DNA of 64,000 nucleotides, from assembly GCA_001949185.1 (NCBI GenBank), contig BDGG01000002.1, forward strand, positions 8,360,448 to 8,424,447, given 5' to 3'. Position numbers and translations under genes: made by a program. Shown here in pieces: positions 63,044-64,000 of the stretch. Within the stretch, counting starts at the first letter, position 1. Each line of letters starts with the position of its first letter. This DNA is from Ramazzottius varieornatus (lineage: Eukaryota > Animalia > Tardigrada). The notes under the pieces are model-generated. The model saw only the letters and a program-made list of their open reading frames with translations, did no database searches and was not told the origin of the DNA.

Positions 63044-63312
63044 AGTTGTCTCGACTTTTATCCGGCATTTTAACGCTTGAAACTTTATTTCGCCACAGAC
63101 TGTTTTCTGTACTTTTCTTGTGCTGTACTCGTACTGGTAAATGGACATATTTTCAGCTGATGTCGTCTTGACGAAACGATTGAATGCCATACTATAATGC
63201 TTGGCTAAGTGACCATCTAACAGCGGTAGGGGAGCTACCCGCCAGAATTACAAGTAAAGGTGCTGCTGATGACTGCATCGGGAGAGGCAACCGTGGGCTT
63301 TGTCAGACAAGA

Positions 63313-64000
63313 TTAAAAACTATAACTGCCATGACCACTGTGCGCAGCATGGTCCGTGGTGGCCAATTTGGGCTTGCAAACTACGGTCTGCGCTCTGATC
63401 CGTTCGCGTGGAGCCAGCGCACTGACTTGTTGGCGGTTCGCAGTGCTGACTCGGTCGCGCTGGGAGATACTGAGGCGCTGGCGATGAGAAGTCCGCCGAC
63501 CAAGTGTACAGGTCGTTATCGATCGGCCAGCGGAACTTTTGGGGACAAGGCGAAGACGGCGAGAATGATAAGAGCCGAGGGCGGCGCTGACCAGCTGGAA
63601 CAGAGCTTGGCGGTAACGTGAATTCTTGAAGGCGTATACTGGAGAAAGGAGAAAAAAGGTCAGCTGGTGGCACTGGCGGATAGTGCTGTACGTCCATGGC
63701 CATACTTATCGGGTTGTAGGCGGCGGATGTTTTAGCGAAGATGGCGGGGAGGTGACAGACTAGCGGAGTGTAATAAGAGTGCGCTCCCGACACACCCAGG
63801 AGGGAGGAAATGGTATAGGGTGTCCATGCTAGGGCCCAGCCGCAGATGACGAGAAGGATGATTTTGGCCGACTGAACTTGTTGTTCCCTCCGCTTGTTCC
63901 CACTGGATATCGATGAAGGGGCCTGTAGGGATTCCAGCAACGGCTCTCGTGGGACTATTACACATAAGATACGCAGATAGGCCGTGATGATGACGGCAAG
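63313..64000 (-). CDS. Opsin, 3' part (TM5-TM7 and C-tail); runs off the window
   Basis: AWTPY in TM6; PAIFAKTSAAYNPI/IYAFKNSRYRQAL with the Schiff-base Lys and NPxxY split by an intron at ~63639-63706; stop at 63313. Confidence 0.88.

Overview
Gene-dense, intron-rich animal DNA with short GT-AG introns and two N gaps. It looks like a compact invertebrate genome, possibly a tardigrade (inference only). About 15 spliced genes can be read by hand. In order: two-domain Ly6/uPAR (quiver-like) gene, divergent CK1-family kinase, Rap1, Unr/CSDE1-like cold-shock protein, MAP4K4/misshapen, small C-clamp protein, WASHC2/FAM21, secreted thyroglobulin-type-1 protein, a bacterial-type tauD with introns and frameshifts, semaphorin-2, a giant Thr-rich mucin with Cys-rich modules, PDK, TRMT10C, AMPK-beta and the 3' end of an opsin. 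There are also several long-TIR non-autonomous transposons. The main unexplained signal is a dispersed palindromic unit, CAAGTGGCGCAC-N25-GTGCGCCACTTG. I counted 37 complete units at 24 loci by eye; 23 loci are intronic and none is in coding sequence. The arms and spacer length are conserved (25 nt in 33 units, 24 nt in 4) while the spacer sequence has drifted, and tandem copies recur at about 73 bp. All gene models, counts and family calls come from manual reading; no searches were run.
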